Assembly (NCBI GenBank): GCA_021650915.1
Contig: CP091279.1
Span: 1,230,001 to 1,262,000, forward strand
Direction of reading: 5' to 3'
DNA from: Candidatus Brocadia sp.
GTDB taxonomy: Bacteria > Planctomycetota > Brocadiia > Brocadiales > Brocadiaceae
Length of the DNA stretch: 32,000 bases
The notes beneath the pieces are model-generated. The model saw only the letters and a list, made by a program, of their open reading frames with translations, did no database searches and was not told the origin of the DNA. Shown here in pieces: positions 9,735 to 18,273 of the stretch. Position numbers and translations under genes: made by a program. Position 1 is the stretch's first letter; every line of letters begins with the position of its first letter.

Positions 9735-9837
9735 CGTTCAGACACTAGTTAGTGTGGTTTTGTCTGCAATTATGTAGTCACTAATATATTGTTATTATTC
9801 AATAATATGCTTGAAATGTTGAATAATATAGTATATT

Positions 9838-10416
9838 ATGGTGGACATGCATATTGTGGAAAATAAATCAAAATCCGGTAAAAAAATCTATCGCTCCATC
9901 CTTTTGCGGGAATCGTATCGGGAAGGCGGAAAGGTCAGGAAGCGTACCATTGCAAATCTGTCGAACTGCACATCGCGGGAGATAGAAGCGATAAAGCTTG
10001 CCCTCAGCCATAAAGAGGATCTCACTGCATTGGGGGCATTGTCAGGATCGGTGGAACTCCAGGAGGGGATGTCCGTGGGGGCGATCTGGAGTGTGTACCA
10101 GGTGGCAAAGGAATTAGGGATAGAGGAGGCGTTGGGGAAGGATTTTCAGGGGAGACTGGCGCTGTGGCAGGTAATGGCGCGGGTGATAAATCAGGGGTCA
10201 AGACTCTCGGCGGTAAGGCTGGCGCAGGTGCATGCGGCGGGTGATGTGCTGGGTATGAAGCGGGGGTTCGACGAGAATGATCTCTACGATAATTTATCGT
10301 GGTTATCGGAGCATCAGGCAAAGATAGAGCGAACGTTGTTTGATGCAAGACGGGCAGGCAAAAAGCCGAAGCTGTTTCTGTATGACGTGACGAGCAGTTA
10401 TGTGGAGGGGGAGTTA
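9838..10416 (+). pseudogene. IS-B transposase, N-terminal fragment (IS1634 family), interrupted by IS-C
   Basis: MVDMHIVENKSKSGKKIYRSILLRESYREGGKVRKRTIANL... up to the first catalytic-D region LFLYDVTSSYVEGE(L). After 10417 the reading frame runs into IS-C sequence and stops at 10497. Confidence 0.8.
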
Positions 10417-10417
10417 A

Positions 10418-11925
10418 CCCGACTTTCGCAATTCGCGCCCAAAAAAGTTTATTTTTGGGCAAGAGTCGCCTGGAAAGCCTTGAAATTCAAGGGGTGAATT
10501 TTCAAAACGGCTTGTAGTGCCGACCTACCCTCTTGACGTCTTCACGGTGTCGTGAGAAAATGTTGGCATGTTTCTCCGGGAAAAGACACGAACGAAAGAT
10601 GGAAAAACCCACCGCTATTGGAGCGTGGTAGAGAGCCGCCTGGTCAGCGGAAGACGGTGAAGGAGAAGTGGGGGAAGCTCTTTGGGGCGAAGTACGATGT
10701 GCTGCTGTATGATTTGACGAGTACGTATTTTGAGAGTGAACCGCCACCGGCTGGATCGGGGAGTAAGAAGCGGTTTGGATATAGCCGGGACAAACGTTCG
10801 GATTGCGTGCAGGTGGTAGTGGCGTTGGTGTTGACGCCGGAAGGATTTCCCGTAGCCTACGAAGTGTATCCGGGCAATACCAGAGACACCGCAACGCTGG
10901 AGGAATTTCTGGATCGGATTGAAAAGCAGTATGGGAAATTCCGGCGCACCTGGCTTATGGATCGCGGTATTCCAACGGAGGAGATGTTGGAAAAGATGCG
11001 TGAGCGCGGGATTGATTATTTGGTTGGTACTCCGAAGGGGCATTTAACGAGAGTAGAAAAACCGCTACTCGAACAAACCTGGATGCGGGCGAGGGAGAGC
11101 GTCCGCGTGAAAGTTCTTCGGCAGGAATCGGAGTTTTACGTTTACGTGGAAAGCCATGACCGGGTGTCTAAGGAGCGTGCCATGCGTAGGCGCAGACTCA
11201 GACGTTTGTGGATGGGTCTGCGCGAACTTCGCAATCGAAAAGCCCTCACGCGCGATGACCTGCTCATGCATATTGGCGCGTTAAAGAAAGAAGCCGGACG
11301 AGACTACAGACTGGTCACGATCTCCATTCCCAAACCGCAGGAACCGGTCAATGAGAATACGTTCCGGTTCAGTTTGGATCGGGAACGCCTGAGGCAGGCG
11401 TATCGGCGCGAGGGGCGTTATTTGCTTCGTTCCAACATGCAGGCCGCCGCGCCAGAAACCGTCTGGGAAAATTATTTGCTGTTGACACGGATAGAACAGG
11501 CATTTAAGGACTTGAAGGGGTCTCTTTCCGTCCGCCCCCTATGGCATCAATTGGAACGGAGAATTGAAGCCCATATCTTTGTTTCCTTTTTGGCTTTTTG
11601 TCTCCACACGACACTGCGCAATCTTGCGCGGGGGAGGGCCGGAGGGCTGACGTCTGAAGCGATTTTGGAAAAACTGTCGGGCATTCAAATGATAGACGTT
11701 CATTTACCGACCACGGATGGCCGTCATATTGTCATGAGCCGTTATACCCAGCCGGAGAAGGATATTGCCCTCCTTTTGGCGCAGTTGGGATTGGCGCTTC
11801 CTGAACAACCGCCGCCCAAGGTTTACGCATCCGGACAGGTCGGCCTGTAGTGCCGACCTTTTTACATGACCCCTTGATTTTACTGGCTTAGCGGGTTGCA
11901 TACCCCTCGAATTGCGAAAGTCGGG
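10418..11925 (+). mobile_element. IS-C: compact 1.5-kb IS4-superfamily element inserted in the IS-B transposase gene
   Basis: Perfect 18-bp terminal IRs are CCCGACTTTCGCAATTCG (10418-10435) and CGAATTGCGAAAGTCGGG (11908-11925), flanked by TTAA at 10414-10417 and 11926-11929. Deleting 10417-11928 (1512 nt, the element plus one TTAA) rejoins ...YVEGEL|NHFGEYGYNRDGKKG in frame. Confidence 0.85.
10552..11850 (+). CDS. DDE transposase of IS-C (IS4/IS1634-like)
   Basis: 432 aa (GTG start). DDE-type blocks are VLLYDLTSTYFE, TWLMDRGIPTEE and YLLLTRIEQAFKDLKG. It is homologous in layout to the IS-B enzyme but has only about 50 aa upstream of the first D block. Confidence 0.8.
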   Translation: MRKCWHVSPGKDTNERWKNPPLLERGREPPGQRKTVKEKWGKLFGAKYDVLLYDLTSTYFESEPPPAGSGSKKRFGYSRDKRSDCVQVVVALVLTPEGFPVAYEVYPGNTRDTATLEEFLDRIEKQYGKFRRTWLMDRGIPTEEMLEKMRERGIDYLVGTPKGHLTRVEKPLLEQTWMRARESVRVKVLRQESEFYVYVESHDRVSKERAMRRRRLRRLWMGLRELRNRKALTRDDLLMHIGALKKEAGRDYRLVTISIPKPQEPVNENTFRFSLDRERLRQAYRREGRYLLRSNMQAAAPETVWENYLLLTRIEQAFKDLKGSLSVRPLWHQLERRIEAHIFVSFLAFCLHTTLRNLARGRAGGLTSEAILEKLSGIQMIDVHLPTTDGRHIVMSRYTQPEKDIALLLAQLGLALPEQPPPKVYASGQVGL

Positions 11926-11928
11926 TTA

Positions 11929-13014
11929 AATCATTTTGGTGAGTACGGGTATAATCGTGACGGCAAGAAGGGGAAGAAGCAGATCGTGATTGGTATGCTG
12001 TGTGATGAATTTGGGGAGCCGGTGTCCACGGAGGTATTTCGGGGCAATACCCAGGACCCAAAGACCTTTGAGTCTCAGGTAAAGAAGACGGCAGAACGGT
12101 TTGGGTGCACCGGGGTGACCATGGTAGGTGATCGGGGGATGATCAAGACGATGCAAATCGAATGTTTGCCGGAAGGATTTCATTACATAACGGCGATAAC
12201 CAAGCCGCAGATCGAGTCGTTGATAAAACAAGGGATTCTGCAGTTAGGGTTGTTTGAAGAAAAGCTCTGCGAGATAAAGAGTGAGGGGGTTCGGTATATT
12301 CTGAGACGCAATCCGATAAGGGCAGAAGAGATGGCGAAGACTCGCATGTCAAAACTACAGCATATGGGGAACTATATCGATAAGAAGAACAGCTATCTCA
12401 AAGAGCATCCGAAGGCATCGATATCGAAGGCGCTGGAGGCAGCGAAGGAGAAGCTCGGGAAGCTGAAGCTTGAGGGGTGGGTGCAGATAAAAGACGAGGC
12501 CGGGGCGCTGAAGATTGAGAACAATGAAGAAGCATTCAAGGAAGAATCGTATCTTGATGGATGTTATGTAATCAAGACCGATCTGAAGGAGGGCGATGCG
12601 GATACCGATCTGGTGCACGACCGGTACAAGGACTTGTCAGAGGTGGAGAAGGTGTTTCGGGGGTGCAAGACGGTGAATCTTGAGGTTCGTCCTGTATACG
12701 TGAGGAAAGAAGAGAGTACAAAAGGGCATGTGTTTGTGGTAATGCTTGCGTACCTGATAATCCGAAGGTTACGTGATGCGTGGAAGAGTTTTGATCTGAC
12801 GGTAGAGGAAGGACTCAAACAATTGACTACCATTTGTTCCGTGGAAGTGAAGGTGAAGGGTCAAAAGGCGCATTGCCAGAAGATACCACATCCACGGCAA
12901 CAATCACGTGAATTGTTAGAGGCATTGCAGGTAAAGCTGCCGGAGGCATTGCCAAGCCGGAACCTACGGGTAGTCACAAGAAAAAAACTTACCAGGCAAC
13001 AAATAAGCCAGTAA
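11929..13014 (+). pseudogene. IS-B transposase, C-terminal fragment (catalytic DDE part)
   Basis: NHFGEYGYNRDGKKGKKQIVIGML..., VTMVGDRGMIK and YKDLSEVEKVFRGCK. It continues the frame of 9838-10416 once IS-C is removed. Confidence 0.8.
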
Positions 13015-13018
13015 AATT

Positions 13019-13045
13019 AAGGCTTTCGCAGCCTTTTTGTTTTTT
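13019..13045 (+). terminator. Rho-independent-type terminator after the IS-B transposase
   Basis: AAGGCT-TTCGC-AGCCTT followed by TTTGTTTTTT. Confidence 0.6.
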
Positions 13046-13094
13046 GCCTTGAGGTGAACATCCGTTTTAATGAATAAGAATTTCAAGGTTGCGG

Positions 13095-13125
13095 CTGTAG
13101 AGCGACGAGGCTCGTCGCTCTACAG
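13095..13125. repeat. REP-like perfect palindrome (family TAGAGCGACGAG-n-CTCGTCGCTCTA), copy 1
   Basis: CTGTAGAGCGACGAG-G-CTCGTCGCTCTACAG. The same core recurs at 26857-26881. Confidence 0.8.
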
Positions 13126-13395
13126 TAAGCAGGTCGCCAAAGGCCTAATTAATTAGCAACACGGTCTTAAATCTTCGCCTTCCCCAGTCCTCTGCAAGAT
13201 TAAAGCACCCAGATCCTAATGCCCTGCGTATTTGTTCAGTAAAAAAGTAGAGATCCCCGTTCTCCACCAGACCAGCAAGACAATTATCAATTTACCAGAT
13301 TTCTGTCTCAACCCATTCACAATTCTTCATTCTTCATTAACTTCCAATCCCTTCTACATCAGGTCAATGATTCCTACAGTATCGCTTGCAGCCGC

Positions 13396-13502
13396 CCTTA
13401 TAACAATCATTTGCAAGACCATTTTCTGTAACGAACCACAGGAGTAGTAATGATGGGTGAGGTATCCTTATAACAATCATTTGCAAGACCATTTTCTGTA
13501 AC
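13396..13502 (+). repeat. CRISPR-like mini array: two identical 37-nt direct repeats with one 33-nt spacer
   Basis: CCTTATAACAATCATTTGCAAGACCATTTTCTGTAAC occurs at 13396-13432 and 13466-13502 (37/37). The spacer is GAACCACAGGAGTAGTAATGATGGGTGAGGTAT. A degenerate third copy sharing only the last about 11 nt ends at 13602. No cas genes in the window. Confidence 0.4.
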
Positions 13503-13915
13503 CTCCTTTTTAGGCATTATTTGTCTCCCTCATTTTTTTAAAATCCGAATAAAAACTTGCTATAACCATTCAGTGTCACGGTACTTACAATTTTTCTGTA
13601 ACCACCCTCTCTTTTTATCATGTTTTTGAGTTTCGTCTACTTCTTCGAATACATCACACGGCGAAAACCCCCTCTCTACGGTTTGCGCATCAAACAGGGG
13701 TGGGCTAACCTATGAGTATTTGGCGGGATCGAAGTCGTGTGTGTGCTTGATGTGAAACAACTATACTCAAGAGGCGTACAATTTGTGACTTATAAACTTG
13801 ATACAATCTAAAGGGGTGGCACGGACAAGCTGTGCTTGCCGTGTTTTTGTAATACTGCTCAATACCTTGTGCTTACAATGATCAGACTTGGTTTGTCTAT
13901 CCAATTTTTAAAATA

Positions 13916-14150
13916 GATATTCCATAACGCAGCACAGCCGCAACCAACTTTCCGTTGTGAAAGCGGGAGATTGCTTCGGACAAGACCCTCGCAATGACAC
14001 TGGCTATGCCTTTGATGACATACGGTACGTTGTCATTGCGAGCGGAGCGAAGCAATCCTTCTCTTATAAATAAACGGTACCTTCTGATAAGGAGTAAATA
14101 GGGTTGTAAAAACTTGCAAAAAAAGAAAGATTTTATACGGCAATATTATA
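13916..14150. repeat. ~235-bp repeat element, copy 1 (inverted relative to copy 2 at 19751-19987)
   Basis: By-eye alignment of its reverse complement to 19751-19987 gives high identity over the whole length (roughly 85%, estimated by eye, not computed). It contains two inverted GTCATTGCGAG...GAAGCAATC units (13969-13998 and 14032-14057). Confidence 0.8.
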
Positions 14151-14251
14151 AACAATGTCGTGCAAGTTCAATACGGACAAACAGAGTTTGTCCGTGCCAC
14201 CCTGTTTATCAATCTAAATATTCACTGATGGTGAACCTTTTGAGTATATCA

Positions 14252-14344
14252 TGGCGGAGAGGCCGGGATTCGAACCCGGGGTAGGAATTTTGTTCCTACA
14301 ACGGTTTAGCAAACCGTCGCTTTCAGCCGCTCAGCCACCTCTCC
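14252..14344 (-). tRNA. tRNA-Ser (anticodon GCT), CCA encoded
   Basis: The reverse complement is GGAGAGGTGGCTGAGCGGCTGAAAGCGACGGTTTGCTAAACCGTTGTAGGAACAAAATTCCTACCCCGGGTTCGAATCCCGGCCTCTCCGCCA. It has a 7-bp acceptor stem, anticodon stem ACGGT/ACCGT with loop TTGCTAA, a long variable arm, and T-loop GGTTCGAATCC. Confidence 0.9.
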
Positions 14345-14647
14345 CCAATAGCATTCCGCTGTAAAAACTTTTTAAAAAGTTCCTTCGCGACCCCCCTTTG
14401 TCTCTCTTTGCTAAGGGAGATTCAAGATGGTTGTCTCCCCTTCTCAGGACAGTTGGTTGCGGTGTATGGATTCTGCAATCTCTTTGATGCCGTCATTCAT
14501 GAGGCATTCGGCAACTTTTTATCATAAGACAAAACTCACCCTTGGATCCCCTCCCTGGCGGGGAATTCTTTCGTCCCCTCCTGAGAATGGGTTGGGGGTG
14601 TGTAAGGCAGAAACAGAAAGTTTGAAATTCCTATACATCCGGGTATG

Positions 14648-14737
14648 TGGCGGAGGGAGTAGGATTCGAACCCACGGGAGACTTTCGCCTCCAGCAGTTT
14701 TCAAGACTGCCGCCATAGTCCACTCGGCCATCCCTCC
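14648..14737 (-). tRNA. tRNA-Ser (anticodon TGA), CCA encoded
   Basis: The reverse complement is GGAGGGATGGCCGAGTGGACTATGGCGGCAGTCTTGAAAACTGCTGGAGGCGAAAGTCTCCCGTGGGTTCGAATCCTACTCCCTCCGCCA. It has anticodon stem GCAGT/ACTGC with loop CTTGAAA, a long variable arm, and a canonical T-arm. Confidence 0.9.
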
Positions 14738-14766
14738 TCGCATTCATGAACCGGTTGGGAACGGGG

Positions 14767-15174
14767 TTAAAACTCACTTTCCAATTTGCACACTTCCTCC
14801 AAGACCTTTGTGGCGACAAAGATCGGCGTATTTTTTTGCATTGCCACCGCAATGGCGTCGCTGGGTCTGGAATCGATCTCCACCAATAAACCATTTTGCT
14901 GCAATACAATTTTAGCAAAAAAGGTGTTATTTCTCAGATCACTGATGACCACTTTTATTATGCCCGCATGCAAGCCTTCAATAATGCTTCCTATCAGGTC
15001 ATGGGTTAAAGGGCGCGGAGTCGTAACCCCCTTCACCGCCCGGTCAATTGCCCATGCTTCATGGAGGCCAATAACGATCGGGAAGCTTCGCTGCCCATCC
15101 CGTTCCTTTAGCACAATAATCTGGTGATCGCTGGTCTCCGTAATGATGATTTTTGAAAGTTCCATAGGAACCAT
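14767..15174 (-). CDS. Bifunctional nuclease (BFN/DUF151) family protein
   Basis: 135 aa. FPIVIGLHEAWAI..., RPLTHDL and IDSRPSDAIAVA are typical of the DUF151 bifunctional DNase/RNase family. Confidence 0.75.
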   Translation of the reverse strand: MVPMELSKIIITETSDHQIIVLKERDGQRSFPIVIGLHEAWAIDRAVKGVTTPRPLTHDLIGSIIEGLHAGIIKVVISDLRNNTFFAKIVLQQNGLLVEIDSRPSDAIAVAMQKNTPIFVATKVLEEVCKLESEF

Positions 15175-15495
15175 ACCGCATCCCCTTCTTTAGAACGGCC
15201 ATTTTGCGAGCACAAACCGGCCGCCACCTTGCCTTGCACGGTGCAAATCAGCTAAAATTGTAGCACATCGACCCCCTTTGTCAAATAATTTTTCACTTTT
15301 CACCGTGCTTGTTTGCCGCTGACGGTCTCTCCCTTTTACGGCTATCTGAAACTTTATTGACACCCCCTTGCTCCGGCTGATATACTAGACTCCCGTTGGC
15401 ATTAATCCCTTGTGCGTTTTCTCTCGGAAAGAGGTATGATCCCGTTATCCCCCGGCTTTATAACAAAGCGGCTCAGATAGGCAGGCTTCTTCTTC

Positions 15496-16212
15496 ATGGA
15501 ATCGTATTATCTTCGTTCAAAAAATATTGCCAATAGTTTTTTGTTTATCCTGCCTTTATTGGCCTTATACGAGGTAGGAATCGCATTGCAAGGGTCGAGC
15601 ATTAAAAATGCTTCTGGTGTGTTTATTGAAAATTTTTTTACCTTGTTTGGCAAAAACGGCCATCTCGTTTTCAACTCACTGGTTATCACCTTCTTCCTGA
15701 TATCCATAGTTTATATAGAAAAAAAAGAGCGCCTGAATTTCCAGACCTTCGTCTTCATGTTTTTTGAAAGCATGGTGTACGCCCTTTTTATCGGCACGGT
15801 CCTTGGGTTCTTCGTGTATCAAATACTTTTTCCTTACGCACTGGCACAGCCTTTTTCCATGAATATGTGGCTGGGAGTTATTCTTTCCATCGGGGCGGGG
15901 GTCTATGAAGAAATTGTATTCCGCCTCCTGCTCATCACGGCATTGTCCTTTATCTTTGCAACCCTCCTGAAAGTCTCCAAACCCCTGAGCGCAGTAATAA
16001 GCATCATGACGGCGGCCCTGCTCTTTACTGCCATGCACTATGTGGGAACGTTAGGCGATGTCTTTACGAATGCGAATTTTACCTTTCGTGCATTATCCGG
16101 CGTCATTTTATCCGCGATTTTCCTGTTTCGGGGATTGGGAATTGCCGTTTATACCCACGCTATCTACGATGTGCTTTCCGTGATAAAACCGTTTCATGTT
16201 TCAGGAGGATAG
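15496..16212 (+). CDS. CPBP family intramembrane glutamic endopeptidase (CAAX protease-like)
   Basis: Polytopic membrane protein with GVYEEIVFRLLL (EExxxR motif) and FTAMHY (His motif). Confidence 0.75.
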   Translation: MESYYLRSKNIANSFLFILPLLALYEVGIALQGSSIKNASGVFIENFFTLFGKNGHLVFNSLVITFFLISIVYIEKKERLNFQTFVFMFFESMVYALFIGTVLGFFVYQILFPYALAQPFSMNMWLGVILSIGAGVYEEIVFRLLLITALSFIFATLLKVSKPLSAVISIMTAALLFTAMHYVGTLGDVFTNANFTFRALSGVILSAIFLFRGLGIAVYTHAIYDVLSVIKPFHVSGG

Positions 16213-16213
16213 G

Positions 16214-16837
16214 GTGGAAAATATCGTTGTTGGCATTACCGGGGCAAGCGGCGCTCTCTATGCACAGCATCTGTTACAGGCACTCTGCAAGCTGGGTTAC
16301 CATATCCATTTGGCGCTGTCAGATGCGGGGGCCCTGGTTATGAAGCATGAGCTAGGAATTGATTTCCCTGGCGCTTATCCCCATTTTACGTCTTTTTTCG
16401 ATTGCCCCGCGGATCATGTTACTGTCTACCATAATGCGGATATGAGCGCGACGATTGCCAGCGGCCGCTATCCAATCAAGGCAATGGTCATCGTCCCCTG
16501 CAGTATGAATACCTTGTGTTCCATTGCTCATGGCATCGCAAACAATCTTATCCAGCGTGCGGCAAGTATCAGCATCAAAGAGGGGAGAAAACTGGTGGTT
16601 GTGCCCCGGGAAACACCCCTGTCTTCCATTCATCTGGAGGCCATGCTAAAATTATCGTCTACCGGGGTATGTATCCTGCCGGCAATGCCCGGATTTTATC
16701 ATCACCCAAAGACGATAGACGACCAGGTGAATTTTGTCGTGGCGAAAATACTGGATGTGCTGGGTATACCGCACACCCTCATGCCCGAATGGCATGGCGA
16801 CGACTTTGTTCATGTGTTAATGCAGCAAGAGATATGA
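16214..16837 (+). CDS. ubiX: UbiX/Pad1-family flavin prenyltransferase
   Basis: NIVVGITGASGALYA at the N-terminus, and MVIVPCSMNTL and VVVPRETPLS are UbiX hallmarks. I prefer GTG 16214 (GGAGG 5 nt upstream, 2 nt after the CPBP stop) over the ORF-track ATG 16196. A role with a UbiD-type decarboxylase in late menaquinone steps is inference only. Confidence 0.8.
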   Translation: MENIVVGITGASGALYAQHLLQALCKLGYHIHLALSDAGALVMKHELGIDFPGAYPHFTSFFDCPADHVTVYHNADMSATIASGRYPIKAMVIVPCSMNTLCSIAHGIANNLIQRAASISIKEGRKLVVVPRETPLSSIHLEAMLKLSSTGVCILPAMPGFYHHPKTIDDQVNFVVAKILDVLGIPHTLMPEWHGDDFVHVLMQQEI

Positions 16838-16949
16838 GGAATCATTCCATCAGCAGAGAAACGAAAGGGACGATCCGGAGATACACTGAGGAATGTCCCC
16901 TTTGTAAAGAATACTTTGTATCTGGCAAAGAAAGAGAGAAAGAGGGATT

Positions 16950-18035
16950 ATGACCGATACACAACAAAACAACATACCGCCGGGAACAGGGTGGCAGCCT
17001 GTGTACATAAAAAAATCGCGGGGCGCCGGTTTTTGGGTTGCAGTGGGACTTGCGTCATTCTTTTTTTTGTGCACCCTCCTGTTTTTTATCCTTTTTGTTG
17101 GCTCCCTTGTCCTTAATAAGGCGCTCGTTACGAGCACTTCACTAAGCGCCAGGAAACACGTAGAGGAAACGGTTATCGAAGGAAGCGGGGAAAGCAAGGT
17201 AGCCATCATCCCCATTAAGGGCATACTGAGCAGTGAATCGGCAGAGGGCATCTTTCTGGAAAAACCCAGCATTGTTGAGATTGTAAAGCAACAACTTGAT
17301 CAAGCCGCAGACGATACCCAGGTAAAAGCCGTTCTGTTGGAAGTCGATAGCCCTGGCGGCGGTATTACGGCAAGCGATATTATTTATAATCAGATTACAA
17401 AATTTAAAACCGAAACGCAGAAAAAGGTTGTTGTCTATATGCAGGATGTTGCGGCCTCAGGCGGGTACTACATCTCCGCTGCGGCGGACGCCATTGTTGC
17501 GCATCCTACCACAATTACGGGGAGTATCGGGGTCATTATGCCATTAATCAATGTAGCGGAACTTATTAACCGGTACGGCATCAAGGACAATTCCATTGCA
17601 TCCGGAAACCTCAAGGAAATTGGCTCTCCGCTGAAACAGATGACGGCAGACGAGGCAGACGTGTTGAAAGGCATCATTGATGAATTGTATCTGCAATTTG
17701 TAAATGTGGTTTCCACGGGAAGGAATATGGATCTTGAAGCGGTAAAAAAAATTGCCGACGGAAGGATCTACACCGGCAAACAAGCCCTTGAAAAGGGATT
17801 GGTTGATCAATTAGGGTACCTGGAAGACGCCATCACTCTGACAAAACAACTGGCGGGACTTACCGAAGCAACTATCATACGCTATGAAAAACATTATGGA
17901 ATGGCAGATCTTTTGGGCCTGACGTCCAATAAATTGTTCCAGCAGAATACCATCAGACTAGATATCTCCCAATTGCAAGACCAAAGCGATACAAGACCCA
18001 TGTACCTTTGGAATGGCTATTCCAAGCGAGAATAG
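16950..18035 (+). CDS. sppA: Signal peptide peptidase SppA (S49 family, 36K type)
   Basis: It has an N-terminal TM segment. VLLEVDSPGGGITASD, AASGGYYISAAAD and GSIGV are typical of S49 peptidases. Confidence 0.85.
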   Translation: MTDTQQNNIPPGTGWQPVYIKKSRGAGFWVAVGLASFFFLCTLLFFILFVGSLVLNKALVTSTSLSARKHVEETVIEGSGESKVAIIPIKGILSSESAEGIFLEKPSIVEIVKQQLDQAADDTQVKAVLLEVDSPGGGITASDIIYNQITKFKTETQKKVVVYMQDVAASGGYYISAAADAIVAHPTTITGSIGVIMPLINVAELINRYGIKDNSIASGNLKEIGSPLKQMTADEADVLKGIIDELYLQFVNVVSTGRNMDLEAVKKIADGRIYTGKQALEKGLVDQLGYLEDAITLTKQLAGLTEATIIRYEKHYGMADLLGLTSNKLFQQNTIRLDISQLQDQSDTRPMYLWNGYSKRE

Positions 18036-18179
18036 CTTATGAACGCAGGAATAACGAGTGGACGCAACAACCAGGGCATGCATCGTTGGGTGCGTACGGA
18101 AGACAAATAAAAAATGAGAGGAAACGTAACACTTTGGTTTTTTGGCAAATTCCCATAAAGACGGTGTTTACCATACCGT

Positions 18180-18208
18180 GTAGGGGCAGGTTTGAAACCT
18201 GCCCCTAC
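18180..18208. repeat. REP-like palindrome GTAGGGGCAGGTTTGAAACCTGCCCCTAC, copy 1
   Basis: Perfect hairpin in the sppA-gltX spacer. The same core is at 23093-23117. It generates the spurious peptide VGAGFKPAPT in antisense ORFs. Confidence 0.8.
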
Positions 18209-18273
18209 AAGACAATCGTATCCGGAGAGGGAATTTTCCAAAAAGTTAAAGTGTTGCGAGGAAACTAAACATT

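Larger units (their letters stand above)
7897..9745 (+). mobile_element. IS-A: 1.85-kb insertion sequence nested in the 5' leader of IS-B
   Basis: Imperfect 16-nt IRs are GTGTTTGAACGGAAAC (7897-7912) and the reverse complement of 9730-9745, GTGTCTGAACGAAAAC (14/16). They are flanked by the direct repeat TAGTTA (7891-7896 and 9746-9751). The identity extends to TAGTTAGTGT, so the tips are ambiguous by 4 nt. Confidence 0.7.
7840..13070 (+). mobile_element. IS-B: IS1634-like insertion sequence, inactivated by two nested insertions (composite about 5.2 kb, native about 1.86 kb)
   Basis: Terminal inverted repeats are 7844-7857 AACGGATGTTCACC and 13053-13066 GGTGAACATCCGTT (14/14), with similarity continuing inward. 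They enclose both halves of one split transposase. Tips are good to about +/-8 nt. No target duplication recognised. Confidence 0.7.

Noticed and set aside
8553-10462. Long antisense ORFs inside the IS elements (8553-9086 minus, 10022-10462 minus, 10502-10894 minus, 10615-11043 minus).
   Set aside because: They are Pro/Ser/Thr-rich mirror frames of purine-rich transposase coding sequence, with no independent start signals.
13396-13502. A simple 70-bp tandem duplication as the explanation for the 37-nt repeats.
   Set aside because: Only the 37-mer is duplicated. The 33 nt between the copies are not repeated after the second copy, so it is repeat-spacer-repeat and not a tandem duplication of a 70-nt unit.
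14427-14915. A 162-aa plus-strand ORF and overlapping minus-strand ORFs (14522-14743, 14631-14918).
   Set aside because: They run antisense through, or across, tRNA-Ser(TGA) and the end of the BFN gene. There is no RBS and the composition is driven by the tRNA sequence, so they are spurious.
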